DNA from: an uncultured virus (IMG/VR IMGVR_UViG_3300024270_002537)
Taxonomy: Duplodnaviria > Heunggongvirae > Uroviricota > Caudoviricetes
IMG/VR virus record: IMGVR_UViG_3300024270_002537
Length of the DNA stretch: 64,000 nt
Strand: one strand, 5' to 3'
Part shown: in pieces, positions 1 to 9,590 of the stretch
Layout of the letters: every line of letters begins with the position of its first letter
Position numbering within the stretch: the stretch's first letter is position 1
Notes under the pieces: generated by a model
Databases searched by the model: none
The model's input: the letters and a program-made list of their open reading frames with translations, nothing else
What the model was told of the DNA's origin: nothing
Translations under genes and position numbers: made by a program

Positions 1-497
1 TTGTCGTTGGTACTGATCATGGAGCGGCGGATGGACTTTAGTTTCGGGCTGGCATCGTCTGCAAACTCATCCTCAGCCAGGATGCAACGGTTGATTTCGT
101 TGGCCAAAAAAGTCAGGGGTTCCAACTGCTCAAAATATTCATCCAGACTATCCGCAGGGGTATCCTCCCTGTCTTTGCGACTGTAGGTTTTGATACGGTT
201 TACATTGTCCAAAAGCTTGGCGATTTTTAACAGCTCCACGCTGGATAAGGTGCTGCCGATATCCAGGGTTTTCACGGTAAAGCCGATGTCCTTATTGCCG
301 CCGAAGGAGGTGCTGCCCAGTTTAAGAAGGCGGGACAGAGCATCTCTGGTTTCAGCCTGGGCTGCACGGATTTCTTCTAAATCGGTAGAAGGAACCAGTT
401 CGCCGCAGACCTTTTTGCCCGGTTCCGAATCGGCAAATTCCGTAAGGCTTTGGATGATTTTATTATATTCTAATGTGTTTAATACTTTTTCGTTCAT
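1..497 (-). CDS. mutS2: endonuclease MutS2, N-terminal part (runs off window)
   Basis: Translated by hand from ATG at 497: MNEKVLNTLEYNKIIQSLTEFADSEPGK...EINRCILAEDEFADDASPKLKSIRRSM, a typical MutS2 N-terminus. Not in the ORF track because there is no stop in the window. Confidence 0.9.
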   Translation of the reverse strand, partial: MNEKVLNTLEYNKIIQSLTEFADSEPGKKVCGELVPSTDLEEIRAAQAETRDALSRLLKLGSTSFGGNKDIGFTVKTLDIGSTLSSVELLKIAKLLDNVNRIKTYSRKDREDTPADSLDEYFEQLEPLTFLANEINRCILAEDEFADDASPKLKSIRRSMISTND

Positions 498-691
498 AAT
501 ACTCCCTATACACTTTTTAGGCAGAAAAAGTGCTTAAAATAAAAGTCTAAAATTATACAGATTAAGTATATCACAGATTGTTTGTCAAGGGTAGGGGGAA
601 TTTGCGTTGAAAACAGTGCTTTGGTTGACTTCAAAACCATTATAAATTATAATTCAATATGGATATATATACACATTATAGGGGACAAAAG

Positions 692-2008
692 ATGCAGGAT
701 TTTGAAGAAAATAACAAAAGTGACTTTGTCATAGAGAAAATTAAGGAAAGACCGGTCAATAAAAAGAAGCTGTTGCGCAGAACGTTGATTACAGCATCCA
801 TGGCAGTAATGTTTGGTTTAATCGCCTGCTTTACCTTCCTGATACTGGAGCCGGTAATCAGTAACTGGTTGTATCCCGAGGAGGATCCGCCCAAGGTAGG
901 GTATTTCCCGGAAGATGAGGAGGAAATGGTACCGGGAGAGATGCTTGTGGATAAAGAAGAGGAGAATCTCTCAACCACGGCTTTGGATCGAAAGAAGCGT
1001 CAGGAAATACTGGCGGCCATGGATTATTATCAGTGGGACGTGGAGGATTATGCAAAGATGTACTCCGTATTGGGAGAATTTGCCAAGGATTTGCAGGAGT
1101 ATATGGTAACAGTCATGGCCAGAGAGGATGAAAATGACTGGCTGAGTGATGTCAATAGTAAGAAAACCCAAAGCTCTGGTGTGGTCATAGGCAATAACGG
1201 AAAAGAGATACTGATACTTACCAGTTACAGCAACATCAAAAATGCGGATGCCCTGTCAGTAACCTTTTTCGACGGATATAAGCAGAATGCGAAAATCCTG
1301 CAGAAACACAGTGCGTCGGATATTGCGATTTTGGCAGTTTCCATTAGTGCTATGGGCGAGAGGATAGAGAAGGTAAGAATTGCTCCTCTGGGTTCGTCGA
1401 ATGTTGAGGATTACATAACAACACCCATAATTGCGCTGGGAAAAACCATGGACGATAGTGATTTGATTCAGTACGGAACGATTATTTCCCACAATAAGGA
1501 AGCCAGTCTGGTGGATGCAAGTTTTGAATTACTGCTAACGGATATCGTGGGAACCAGCGGCGGAACCGGCTTTTTATTCAACCTAAAGGGGCAGATTGTG
1601 GGAATGATTCCCGGGAAAAAGCCTTTCACAGATGTCCGAAATATGGTAATGGCTTATGAAATAGGTGATTTGAAGAGGATTATTTCCAAGCTGTCAAATG
1701 GCTATGAGATTCCTTATGCAGGTATCATCGGCACCATGGTTACCGAGGAGGTTCATCAGGAAGCCAAGGTACCGAAAGGCATTTACGTAAAGAATGTATC
1801 CATGAACTCCCCGGCTATGAGAGCAGGGATTCAGTCGGGAGATGTGATAGTGGCCATCAACCAGAAGGAGATTACCCAATTTAAGGATTACCTGAATACC
1901 ATTGCTGAGCTGGGTAGCGGTACTACCATAAATCTTACCATCAAACGACTTTCCGTGAATACTTATAAAGAGATTACCATAAATATTACACTGGAAAAGG
2001 CAGAATAA
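692..2008 (+). CDS. membrane-anchored HtrA/trypsin-like protein with C-terminal PDZ domain
   Basis: N-terminal TM helix, SSGVVIG...DIAILAV trypsin-like motifs, PDZ (SPAMRAGIQSGDVIVAIN). ATG 692 follows GGGGA. Catalytic motifs look degenerate. Confidence 0.8.
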   Translation: MQDFEENNKSDFVIEKIKERPVNKKKLLRRTLITASMAVMFGLIACFTFLILEPVISNWLYPEEDPPKVGYFPEDEEEMVPGEMLVDKEEENLSTTALDRKKRQEILAAMDYYQWDVEDYAKMYSVLGEFAKDLQEYMVTVMAREDENDWLSDVNSKKTQSSGVVIGNNGKEILILTSYSNIKNADALSVTFFDGYKQNAKILQKHSASDIAILAVSISAMGERIEKVRIAPLGSSNVEDYITTPIIALGKTMDDSDLIQYGTIISHNKEASLVDASFELLLTDIVGTSGGTGFLFNLKGQIVGMIPGKKPFTDVRNMVMAYEIGDLKRIISKLSNGYEIPYAGIIGTMVTEEVHQEAKVPKGIYVKNVSMNSPAMRAGIQSGDVIVAINQKEITQFKDYLNTIAELGSGTTINLTIKRLSVNTYKEITINITLEKAE

Positions 2009-2029
2009 GAATAGAAACGGAGAAAGAAC

Positions 2030-2977
2030 ATGAAGTTTATCAAGGACTATAGAGAAGGGGACAGAATATCGGATATTTACCTTTGCAAGCACAAGCAGGC
2101 AGCGGTGACCAAGAACGGTAAGCCCTATGAAAATGTGATACTGCAGGATAAAACCGGCACCATTGATGCGAAGGTGTGGGAGCCCAACAGTATGGGCATC
2201 GAGGACTATGATGCCAAGGATTATATTGAGGTGTTTGGCGAGGTAAACAGTTTTCAGGGTGCCTTGCAGGTGAATGTAAAGAGAATTCGTGTTTGCAGAG
2301 AGGGCGAGTACAATCCGGCAGACTATCTGCCCGTTAGTTCCAAGGATATCACGGAAATGTACAGGGAGCTGACAGGAATTATCAGTACCATTAAGAATAC
2401 ATATTTAAAGCAGCTTTTGGAAGCCTTTTTTGTAAAGGATGAGGACTTCAAAAAGCGTTTCTGCAATTCTTCCGCAGCCAAAAGCGTACATCATGGCTTT
2501 GTGGGCGGACTTTTGGAGCATACCTTAAGCGTCACCAAGCTTTGTGATTATTATTGTACGGCGTATCCCATACTAAAGAGGGATTTGCTTTTGACAGCAG
2601 CTATGTGCCACGATATCGGTAAGGTGAAGGAACTTTCCCCCTTCCCGGAGAATGATTATACGGACGAAGGGCAATTCCTGGGACATATCGTCATGGGTAC
2701 CCAGATGGTAGGGGAAAAGGCAGCCGGCATAGAGGGCTTCCCGAAAGGGCTCTTAAGTCAGGTACAGCATTGTATTCTGGCCCACCACGGCAAATATGAG
2801 TTCGGCTCACCCAAGATTCCTGCCATCATCGAGGCAGTGGCCTTAAACTATGCAGACGATACGGATGCCAAGCTGGAAACCTTCAAGGAAATCCTGGAAA
2901 ATGCCGGCGACAACAATGATTGGTTGGGCTACAACCGCTTATTTGAAAGCAACCTGAAGAAGAGTCGGGTGGAGTGA
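2030..2977 (+). CDS. yhaM: 3'-5' exoribonuclease YhaM family (OB fold + HD domain)
   Basis: LQDKTGTIDAKVW OB fold, AAKSVHHGFVGGLLEHT, CHDIGK, ILAHHG. Confidence 0.9.
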   Translation: MKFIKDYREGDRISDIYLCKHKQAAVTKNGKPYENVILQDKTGTIDAKVWEPNSMGIEDYDAKDYIEVFGEVNSFQGALQVNVKRIRVCREGEYNPADYLPVSSKDITEMYRELTGIISTIKNTYLKQLLEAFFVKDEDFKKRFCNSSAAKSVHHGFVGGLLEHTLSVTKLCDYYCTAYPILKRDLLLTAAMCHDIGKVKELSPFPENDYTDEGQFLGHIVMGTQMVGEKAAGIEGFPKGLLSQVQHCILAHHGKYEFGSPKIPAIIEAVALNYADDTDAKLETFKEILENAGDNNDWLGYNRLFESNLKKSRVE

Positions 2978-2999
2978 TTCTAGTTGCAAGGGAGAGATC

Positions 3000-4580
3000 A
3001 TGGATTATAAAAAAAATGATATAGCGATTGTAACCATAGAAGATATCGGAAGTGATGGTGAGGGCATCGGTAAGGTGGACGGCTTCCCCCTTTTTGTGAA
3101 GGATGCTGTCATCGGCGATACTGTGGAAGCCAAGATTATGAAGGCTAAGAAAAATTATGCTTATGCAAGATTAGAGAAGGTGATTACGCCTTCTCCTTTT
3201 CGCGTGGAGCCCAAATGTGCTTACCACAGACAATGCGGCGGCTGCCAGGTACAGGCACTTTCCTACGAAAAGCAGCTGGAGTTTAAGGCCAAGAAGGTGC
3301 GCAATCACCTGCTGCGTATCGGCGGCTTTGAGCAGGAACTTTTGGATACTGTGATGGAGCCCATCGTAGGCATGGAGGAGCCTTATCACTATCGTAATAA
3401 GGCCCAGTACCCCGTAGGCACGGACAAAAACGGAGAGATTATCACCGGCTTTTATGCAGGCAGAACCCATAGCATTATTGCCAATACGGAGTGTTATCTG
3501 GGAGTGCCCGGTAATAAAGAGATTTTGGAATATATTTTAGACTATATGAAGCAGAACAGGGTGACTGCTTATAACGAGGAGACCGGAGAGGGCTGTGTGC
3601 GCCATGTGCTTATACGTACCGGCTTTACCAGCGGAGAAATCATGGTTTGTCTGGTTATCAACGGCAGGGATAAAAAGCGCTGCAAGGCCGGAGAATACCT
3701 GCCTGCTCAGGAGAAACTGCTGGAGAGCTTGACAAAGATATCCGGTATGACCGGTATCTCCGTCAGCATCAATACAGAAAAAACCAATGTCATCATGGGC
3801 CGCGAAGTGCATACAATCTGGGGAGAGGATACCATTTCCGACGTCATCCACGTGCGTGACATGAAAAAGGAAGGTTATCCACAGACCGGGCAGCAGCTGA
3901 CCTTTAAGATTTCACCCCTGTCCTTTTACCAGGTGAACCCTGTACAGACTGAGAAGCTGTACAGCCTGGCACTGGAATATGCAGGACTTACCGGTCAGGA
4001 AACGGTGTGGGATTTGTACTGCGGTATCGGTACCATCTCCCTGTTTTTGGCCGGCAGTGCCAAGAAGGTCTGTGGCGTGGAAATCGTACCACAGGCCATA
4101 GAGGATGCCAGGGAAAATGCCAAGCGAAACCATATAACCAATGCAGAATTCTTCGTAGGAAAGGCAGAGGAGATACTTCCGGAATTTTATGAAAAGATGA
4201 GTGGTGAAGCACAGGCTGGCGGTGTGGCGGCAGAGCCGGGCAAGGAAGGCCAGGCACCGGACATGCTTCATCCCGATGTCATCGTGGTGGACCCGCCCCG
4301 CAAGGGCTGCGACGAAGCCTGCCTGGATACCATGCTGAAGATGCACCCTGAGCGAATTGTTTATGTCAGCTGCGATAGTGCTACAATGGCCAGGGATGTG
4401 AAGATATTGTGCGAAGGCGGATATGAGCTGAAGAAAGTGAGGCCTGTGGACCAGTTCGGGCACACGGTGCATGTTGAGACGGTGTGTCTCTTGAGCAACC
4501 GAAAATCCAAGCCCGATTCTTACGTAGACTTAAGCATCAATATGGAAGATTACCATAGAATTAAGAACGAAGAGAAATAA
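3000..4580 (+). CDS. rlmD: 23S rRNA (uracil-1939-C5)-methyltransferase RlmD/RumA, with C-terminal tail supplied by the prophage
   Basis: TRAM domain, CxxxxxCGGC, SFYQVN, DLYCGIG, VDPPRKG, YVSC, DQFGHTVHVETV. Sequence after 4477 is element-derived. Confidence 0.95.
   Translation: MDYKKNDIAIVTIEDIGSDGEGIGKVDGFPLFVKDAVIGDTVEAKIMKAKKNYAYARLEKVITPSPFRVEPKCAYHRQCGGCQVQALSYEKQLEFKAKKVRNHLLRIGGFEQELLDTVMEPIVGMEEPYHYRNKAQYPVGTDKNGEIITGFYAGRTHSIIANTECYLGVPGNKEILEYILDYMKQNRVTAYNEETGEGCVRHVLIRTGFTSGEIMVCLVINGRDKKRCKAGEYLPAQEKLLESLTKISGMTGISVSINTEKTNVIMGREVHTIWGEDTISDVIHVRDMKKEGYPQTGQQLTFKISPLSFYQVNPVQTEKLYSLALEYAGLTGQETVWDLYCGIGTISLFLAGSAKKVCGVEIVPQAIEDARENAKRNHITNAEFFVGKAEEILPEFYEKMSGEAQAGGVAAEPGKEGQAPDMLHPDVIVVDPPRKGCDEACLDTMLKMHPERIVYVSCDSATMARDVKILCEGGYELKKVRPVDQFGHTVHVETVCLLSNRKSKPDSYVDLSINMEDYHRIKNEEK
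4458..4509 (+). other. attL, crossover dinucleotide GA at 4476-4477
   Basis: CATGTT-GA-GACGGTGTGTCTC-TTGAGCAACCGAAAATCCA. The right arm is the 18/19 inverted complement of 62804-62822, with 13-nt spacers on both sides. Confidence 0.9.
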
Positions 4581-4603
4581 AACATAATAAACCGAACTTA
4601 CAG

Positions 4604-4644
4604 AAGAACTGTTAACACGATGAAGTGTTGGCAGTTCTTTTTTT
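4604..4644 (+). terminator. intrinsic terminator after rlmD (element-encoded)
   Basis: AAGAACTGTTAACAC-gatgaa-GTGTTGGCAGTTCTT followed by a T run. Confidence 0.8.
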
Positions 4645-4759
4645 CGTGTAAGGGAGGTGGTGCCGTTGGGCTGAAAACATAAATTCTCGGATGGTTCTGC
4701 ATCCGATACAAGGTCTGAAACTCTAATCTAAAATAAGGCAAATCTAAGGAGGCAATATT

Positions 4760-5023
4760 ATGGCATTTAAGAAATTTAGAAAAATGAAGGTATATAACGT
4801 GAGTGGCTACAACTATAAAGATACACCGACCATCATCTTAAAAGGAGACTGGCTGAAACAGACAGGGTTCGATATTGGTAGTTTGATTCAGGTGGAATGC
4901 GAGGATGGCAAGTTAATCATCACTCCGAGAGAACCGGAAATGGTGGAATATAATGCTCCATGTGGTCAGTGCATGATGGTGGCAGAAGATTGTAAATGTT
5001 ATGGCAAGAAAGGGAGAAAGTAA
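4760..5023 (+). CDS. SymE-family (AbrB-like) toxin/regulator
   Basis: PTIILKGDWLKQTGFDIGSLIQVECEDGKLIIT, RBS AAGGAGG. Confidence 0.75.
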   Translation: MAFKKFRKMKVYNVSGYNYKDTPTIILKGDWLKQTGFDIGSLIQVECEDGKLIITPREPEMVEYNAPCGQCMMVAEDCKCYGKKGRK

Positions 5024-5025
5024 TT

Positions 5026-5808
5026 ATGGCAAAGATTATCGTATTGGGTGCCATGAAGGGTGGAGTCGGCAAGTCCGTCTCCACTTACAATCTGGCATAT
5101 TCATTGAACAAATTAGGGAAGAATGTTTTGGTAGTGGATTTTGATAGTTCGGCAAATATCACCAGATGCGTGGTAGAGGATATAAAAACTGTTGAAATCA
5201 GTATTGGTGATTTGATGATGAATCAGATGGACGAAGAGGAACAGCCCAATCTGGCTGAGTACATTATTAACAGAAATGGAGTTGACTTTATACCATCATC
5301 AAAAGTGCTGTCTGCTGTAGACGCGAAGCTGAGATTGGAAATGGGAGCCGAGAAGATTCTGGCGTGTATTCTGGAACCGTTCAGAGAAGAATACGACTAC
5401 ATTCTAATTGATACGTGTCCATCATTGAATACTTTGACAATCAATGCCCTTTCCGCTGCAGATGAAGTCATTATAGCGGCAAATCCACAGTTCTGGGCAA
5501 TGGTAGGATTGGAAGACTTCCTTCTGACCGTTAAAAAGATTAAGAACCGTGTCAATTCCAAATTGGAGGTGTCTGGGATTTTGCTGACCATGTGTGAAGA
5601 GAGAACCAACCTTTGCAAAGTTATCACTGAAGAAGTGGCAGAGACATTCAATGGAAAGCTCCGTATCTTTGACAGTAAGATTCCGAGTACAGTAAAAGTT
5701 GGAGAATCCGTTTATTATGGAGAACCATTATTAGAGTATGCACCGAGAACAAAGGCTTGCAGAATGTATCAGAATTTAGCAAAGGAGTTGATTGCAGATG
5801 AAGGCTAA
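5026..5808 (+). CDS. parA: ParA/Soj family ATPase
   Basis: Deviant Walker A KGGVGKS, VVDFD, YDYILIDTCP. Confidence 0.92.
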   Translation: MAKIIVLGAMKGGVGKSVSTYNLAYSLNKLGKNVLVVDFDSSANITRCVVEDIKTVEISIGDLMMNQMDEEEQPNLAEYIINRNGVDFIPSSKVLSAVDAKLRLEMGAEKILACILEPFREEYDYILIDTCPSLNTLTINALSAADEVIIAANPQFWAMVGLEDFLLTVKKIKNRVNSKLEVSGILLTMCEERTNLCKVITEEVAETFNGKLRIFDSKIPSTVKVGESVYYGEPLLEYAPRTKACRMYQNLAKELIADEG

Positions 5809-6763
5809 TGCACCAAAAAGAAAAGTGTTTCAAGACGCAGTGGATTTAATCAGTCCGGAAGCAGTAAATGTTGTAGACAATGAGCAGGCAATGATTTCCG
5901 TGGAGAAGATTGCACCATTCCATAATCATCCATTCCGTCTGTATGAGGGGAAACGCCTTGATGATATGGTGGAGAGTGTCAGAGAGCATGGGATTCTTAT
6001 TCCGGTTATTGTACAGAAAATTGCAGACGGATATGAAATGCTTTCCGGCCACAATAGATGGAATGCGGCTAAGATTGCGGGCATTAAAGAAATTCCGGCA
6101 ATCGTCAAAGAGAATCTGACTGAGAGAGAAGCATATGTGTATGTGATAGAGACCAATATGATACAGAGGTCTTTTGATGACCTCTTACCATCGGAGAAGG
6201 CAGCAGTATTGGCAGAACGATATGAGAAAGTTATGTGTCAGGGCAGAAGAAATGACATTCTGGAAGAGATTGCAATGTTGAATGGAATGGACGTACCGGA
6301 AACTTGTGGACATGATGTCCACAAGTCAAAGAGCAGAGATGCAATCGGAGAAGATTATGGAATGACCGGACGCAATATTGCAAGGTATATGAGATTGAAC
6401 CAGACCACAGATCAGATTAAGGAAATGGTGGATGATGGGGCAATGGCAATGGTGGCAGCAGTGGAATTGTCTTATCTTTCAGAAGAGGAACAGGGACAGG
6501 TGTGTAAGGTTCTGGATGAGCTTGGCGGAAAAATAAACAATGCTCAGGCAGTGGAACTACATAAAGAAGCCGGTTTTCTTACCGCGGATAAAGTGAAGGA
6601 TATTCTGGTGGGAGATGTGAAAGAAAAGCCGGTATCGGATGCAAAGATGTTTGCTCAGATAAAGAAGAAATACTTTAAGGGTAAGTCCACGGATGAAATC
6701 ATGGGAGTTTTGGAACAGGCATTGACCATATGGTTTGCCAGAGAGGGGGAAGTGAATGTTTGA
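5798..6763 (+). CDS. parB: ParB/Spo0J family partition protein
   Basis: GILIPVIV...YEMLSGHNRW...ETNMIQR, overlaps parA. Confidence 0.9.
   Translation: MKANAPKRKVFQDAVDLISPEAVNVVDNEQAMISVEKIAPFHNHPFRLYEGKRLDDMVESVREHGILIPVIVQKIADGYEMLSGHNRWNAAKIAGIKEIPAIVKENLTEREAYVYVIETNMIQRSFDDLLPSEKAAVLAERYEKVMCQGRRNDILEEIAMLNGMDVPETCGHDVHKSKSRDAIGEDYGMTGRNIARYMRLNQTTDQIKEMVDDGAMAMVAAVELSYLSEEEQGQVCKVLDELGGKINNAQAVELHKEAGFLTADKVKDILVGDVKEKPVSDAKMFAQIKKKYFKGKSTDEIMGVLEQALTIWFAREGEVNV
6302..6326. repeat. perfect 12-bp-arm palindrome inside parB (candidate parS)
   Basis: ACTTGTGGACAT-G-ATGTCCACAAGT. Confidence 0.6.
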
Positions 6764-7028
6764 TACAAAAGATATGGATGCTATTTCTCAGGAATATTTC
6801 AATATAATTTGTACCAGTGAATATGATGTGACAGTGCAGTCTAAGAATACAGGGCATTTCTGGTACTTGCATAACGTTACACAGCCAAATACAAATGCGT
6901 GTGTGATCTTTCATAAGCATAAATGTTCACATCCGTATCATCTGCATGGTAGGGCAAATACATTGAGACAGGCAATACATAATATCAAAAGGCATGATAC
7001 TTGGCAGATGAAAGGAAGAAAATATTGA
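6756..7028 (+). CDS. hypothetical protein (His-rich, 90 aa)
   Basis: ORF overlapping the parB stop, RBS GAGGGGG. Confidence 0.7.
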   Translation: MFDTKDMDAISQEYFNIICTSEYDVTVQSKNTGHFWYLHNVTQPNTNACVIFHKHKCSHPYHLHGRANTLRQAIHNIKRHDTWQMKGRKY

Positions 7029-7029
7029 T

Positions 7030-7072
7030 AAATAGGTCGATAGGTCACAAAAAATGGCTTATCGGCCTATTT
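7030..7072. terminator. probable bidirectional terminator between convergent operons
   Basis: AAATAGGTCGATAGGTCA-loop-TGGCTTATCGGCCTATTT. Confidence 0.65.
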
Positions 7073-7076
7073 CTTT

Positions 7077-7289
7077 CTATTTGCTAATGTCTTCATAAGG
7101 CTCCACGTACTGTTCCTGAATGTGTTTGTAAAGGCAGTTATCAGATTCTACATAGATGTCATAACAAACGTCCTCACTGTATTGGAAAGTCCCGTATGCA
7201 TCAATGATAGCGATTTTCCCAATTTTGACTTTGCCGTTTATTAAAAATTGAACTGGGTCTTCGTATTTGAATTTTGGCTTTCCTATCAT
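7077..7289 (-). CDS. hypothetical small beta-rich (SH3/KOW-like) protein
   Basis: 70-aa ORF, last gene of the minus-strand operon. Confidence 0.65.
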   Translation of the reverse strand: MIGKPKFKYEDPVQFLINGKVKIGKIAIIDAYGTFQYSEDVCYDIYVESDNCLYKHIQEQYVEPYEDISK

Positions 7290-7292
7290 ATT

Positions 7293-8186
7293 TTACTGAT
7301 TCTCCTGTTGGGTTTTAAATAATTCCATTTGGCCATCGATATCATTATCAGAAGCAGCTTCAGGAGATTCCGGTTCTTCTTTGGGAAGCTGTTTCTTTTT
7401 AACGGAGTATAATTTCTCCTGACGCAATGGATTGTGACATTTTTTGTTGTAAACAAGCAGAATGGCTTCTGCATAACCTAAAGAACCGGCACGGCGATCT
7501 TTGGCAGTACGACTGATTTCTTTAACTGACACTTTGCTCAGGCGGTCTTTAAAAGTATCGTCCCGGAGTTCGTCATTAAACACATTTATGAGGCGGGATA
7601 CACCATTTAGCATATTTGCACTGAAAGACATAGGTGTGCCTTCCCATGTGCCGATGATCAGACGAAGGGTACGGTCAAGGACATGATAGCCCAATCTGTC
7701 ATGTATGCTTTCCAGTGTTGCAACAGCACATATTCCACCAGGCTGTCCGCTAGATGTAATCTGTAGGTCATATGATTCAACAAGTGCTTGTATCATTAAA
7801 TGCTTGTCACTTCCGGCTTCAATATTTGCCATGAATATTTCATATGGCAGCAGTGGTTTTGTGTATTTCATCTGGTTAGCGAAAATATCGGCTTCATGTG
7901 CATATTCCAAATCATCATAGACCATACACCATACAGGTGTGTCACGGGAACCGGAGACAAGTGCTATGATTTCGATAGTGTGCTGTCCATTAAAGACATA
8001 ATTCAGTCCATCACGTTTACTCACTTTCACTGGATTTATCTGGTATAAATCAAAATGAGCAGCGGCCTTCTGGACGTGCTTGATGGATAAGTTTCTTTGA
8101 TAATCTTGATTGGAAACAAGATTTTTTATTGGTATCTGTTCAAAATGTACGTTAGGTACAAAGGCTTGTAAATCAGTCATTTCCAT
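7293..8186 (-). CDS. ParB/Srx-like protein (DUF6551-like)
   Basis: DYQRNLS...INPVKVSKRDG..YVFNGQHT motif. Confidence 0.7.
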   Translation of the reverse strand: MEMTDLQAFVPNVHFEQIPIKNLVSNQDYQRNLSIKHVQKAAAHFDLYQINPVKVSKRDGLNYVFNGQHTIEIIALVSGSRDTPVWCMVYDDLEYAHEADIFANQMKYTKPLLPYEIFMANIEAGSDKHLMIQALVESYDLQITSSGQPGGICAVATLESIHDRLGYHVLDRTLRLIIGTWEGTPMSFSANMLNGVSRLINVFNDELRDDTFKDRLSKVSVKEISRTAKDRRAGSLGYAEAILLVYNKKCHNPLRQEKLYSVKKKQLPKEEPESPEAASDNDIDGQMELFKTQQENQ

Positions 8187-9132
8187 GTTCCTCCATTGTT
8201 TTTTCTATATTGTAGATTGCGCTTTTTAGCTCAAATAGCTGACTACGAAGTTTATATTTGGCACCTTCCGATATCATGTTAAACGGTGCAGTTGTGCAAG
8301 TCCTGTGAATGGAACTTACCCATGAGGGAATGGTCAATGTCAGACTGGAGATTTCGGCATCCGGATCATATTTGGGAATTTGTTTGATTTCAGGTTCAAT
8401 GCTTTTGACCACAGGACGTGGATATAAGCGTTTCATATTCAGGGCGTTTTCGATATCAGATAACTGAATACGGAAAGTTCCTTTATCAGCGAAGCAGATT
8501 TTTATTTTCTCCAGATCAGATTCTGACATGGCGGCCAGTGCAGATACAGCATTATGGGAAACACGAATACGGTCTGATAGAATGATTTTTGCTATTTCTG
8601 GTGCTTTCGCCATTATTTTTTCGATGTCTTCAGCAAAGATGCCATATTTGTATATGGTGCTGTGGCCGATATTCAATTCGGCACTTAACAAGGTGCTTGT
8701 GTAACTTCGGCTCCCATCATAATGCTCAATAGTGGGTCTTTTTTGGGAGGGTGGGGTAGACTGATTCTGTGTAGGGTATAAGGTAGCAAATACAATTTTC
8801 TGCGCCTGATATAGCTTACCAATAAAGTATTTTTGATATCCTTCTGATAAATTAGGACGTTTTAGTTCACGTCTGCATATCCACGAAATGGCTTCCTCTT
8901 CGATTCTGAAATTGATGGATTTGGTTCTGCAGCGGATACCCAACTCTTTGCAAATATCATATCGTTTATAACCATCCAAAATCATGTGTTTCCATGCCAT
9001 AATTGGTTCGCGACAACCGTTGCGTAATATATCAGTCTTTAACGCTTGATATTCAGGATCGGATACTGGGGGTTTCAGACGTCGGTATCTATCCTTACAG
9101 ACTAAATTTTGAAAATGCGGATTTCTGCTCAT
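8173..9132 (-). CDS. ParB-N-terminal-like protein with putative HTH
   Basis: EYQALKTDILRNGCREPI...ILDGYKRYDIC, LSAELNIGHSTIYKY. Confidence 0.7.
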   Translation of the reverse strand: MSRNPHFQNLVCKDRYRRLKPPVSDPEYQALKTDILRNGCREPIMAWKHMILDGYKRYDICKELGIRCRTKSINFRIEEEAISWICRRELKRPNLSEGYQKYFIGKLYQAQKIVFATLYPTQNQSTPPSQKRPTIEHYDGSRSYTSTLLSAELNIGHSTIYKYGIFAEDIEKIMAKAPEIAKIILSDRIRVSHNAVSALAAMSESDLEKIKICFADKGTFRIQLSDIENALNMKRLYPRPVVKSIEPEIKQIPKYDPDAEISSLTLTIPSWVSSIHRTCTTAPFNMISEGAKYKLRSQLFELKSAIYNIEKTMEEHGND

Positions 9133-9590
9133 AATACATTTGCTCCTTCTGTGTTTCCTATGCATGTGGCTTCTTTTAAGTCAAAAAATGCCAGACGTTC
9201 TTTTGAATAGATCTTTCCTGTTATGCGGTAGGCCTGCGTGCAATCCAGATGAACGAATGTATCACAAAAGGTTGTCAGCAGATATTTACTGTACAGCTCG
9301 CAACACTGTCTTTCGGCAATGAGTTTCCATTTTATTTTGTGTGCCTGACGGTCTCTGGAGTTGCTACAACGTATGGCAATGGTTTGGTTGTGTGGATTTA
9401 CCAAAAGTTGTACATAATCTGGGTTTCCTAATAAATGAAGCGTCTGTTTATGGATGCGTATTCTGTTTTTTCGCATGTCAAATACAACCACAGGTAACTG
9501 ACATGACTCTGTGGTTTTAATATCCGGATTTATCTGATGGAGATTGTCCGGCGGAGTTTCCTTCAACGGTGGCAAGGTTGAGTTGTTCAT
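9129..9590 (-). CDS. hypothetical protein, paralog of the recombinase C-terminal domain
   Basis: DYVQLLVNPHNQTIAIR...AYRITG. Confidence 0.7.
   Translation of the reverse strand: MNNSTLPPLKETPPDNLHQINPDIKTTESCQLPVVVFDMRKNRIRIHKQTLHLLGNPDYVQLLVNPHNQTIAIRCSNSRDRQAHKIKWKLIAERQCCELYSKYLLTTFCDTFVHLDCTQAYRITGKIYSKERLAFFDLKEATCIGNTEGANVL

Noticed and set aside
1..537. Plus-strand ORFs 1-186 and 190-537 in the track
   Set aside because: Antisense shadows of mutS2, which is on the minus strand.
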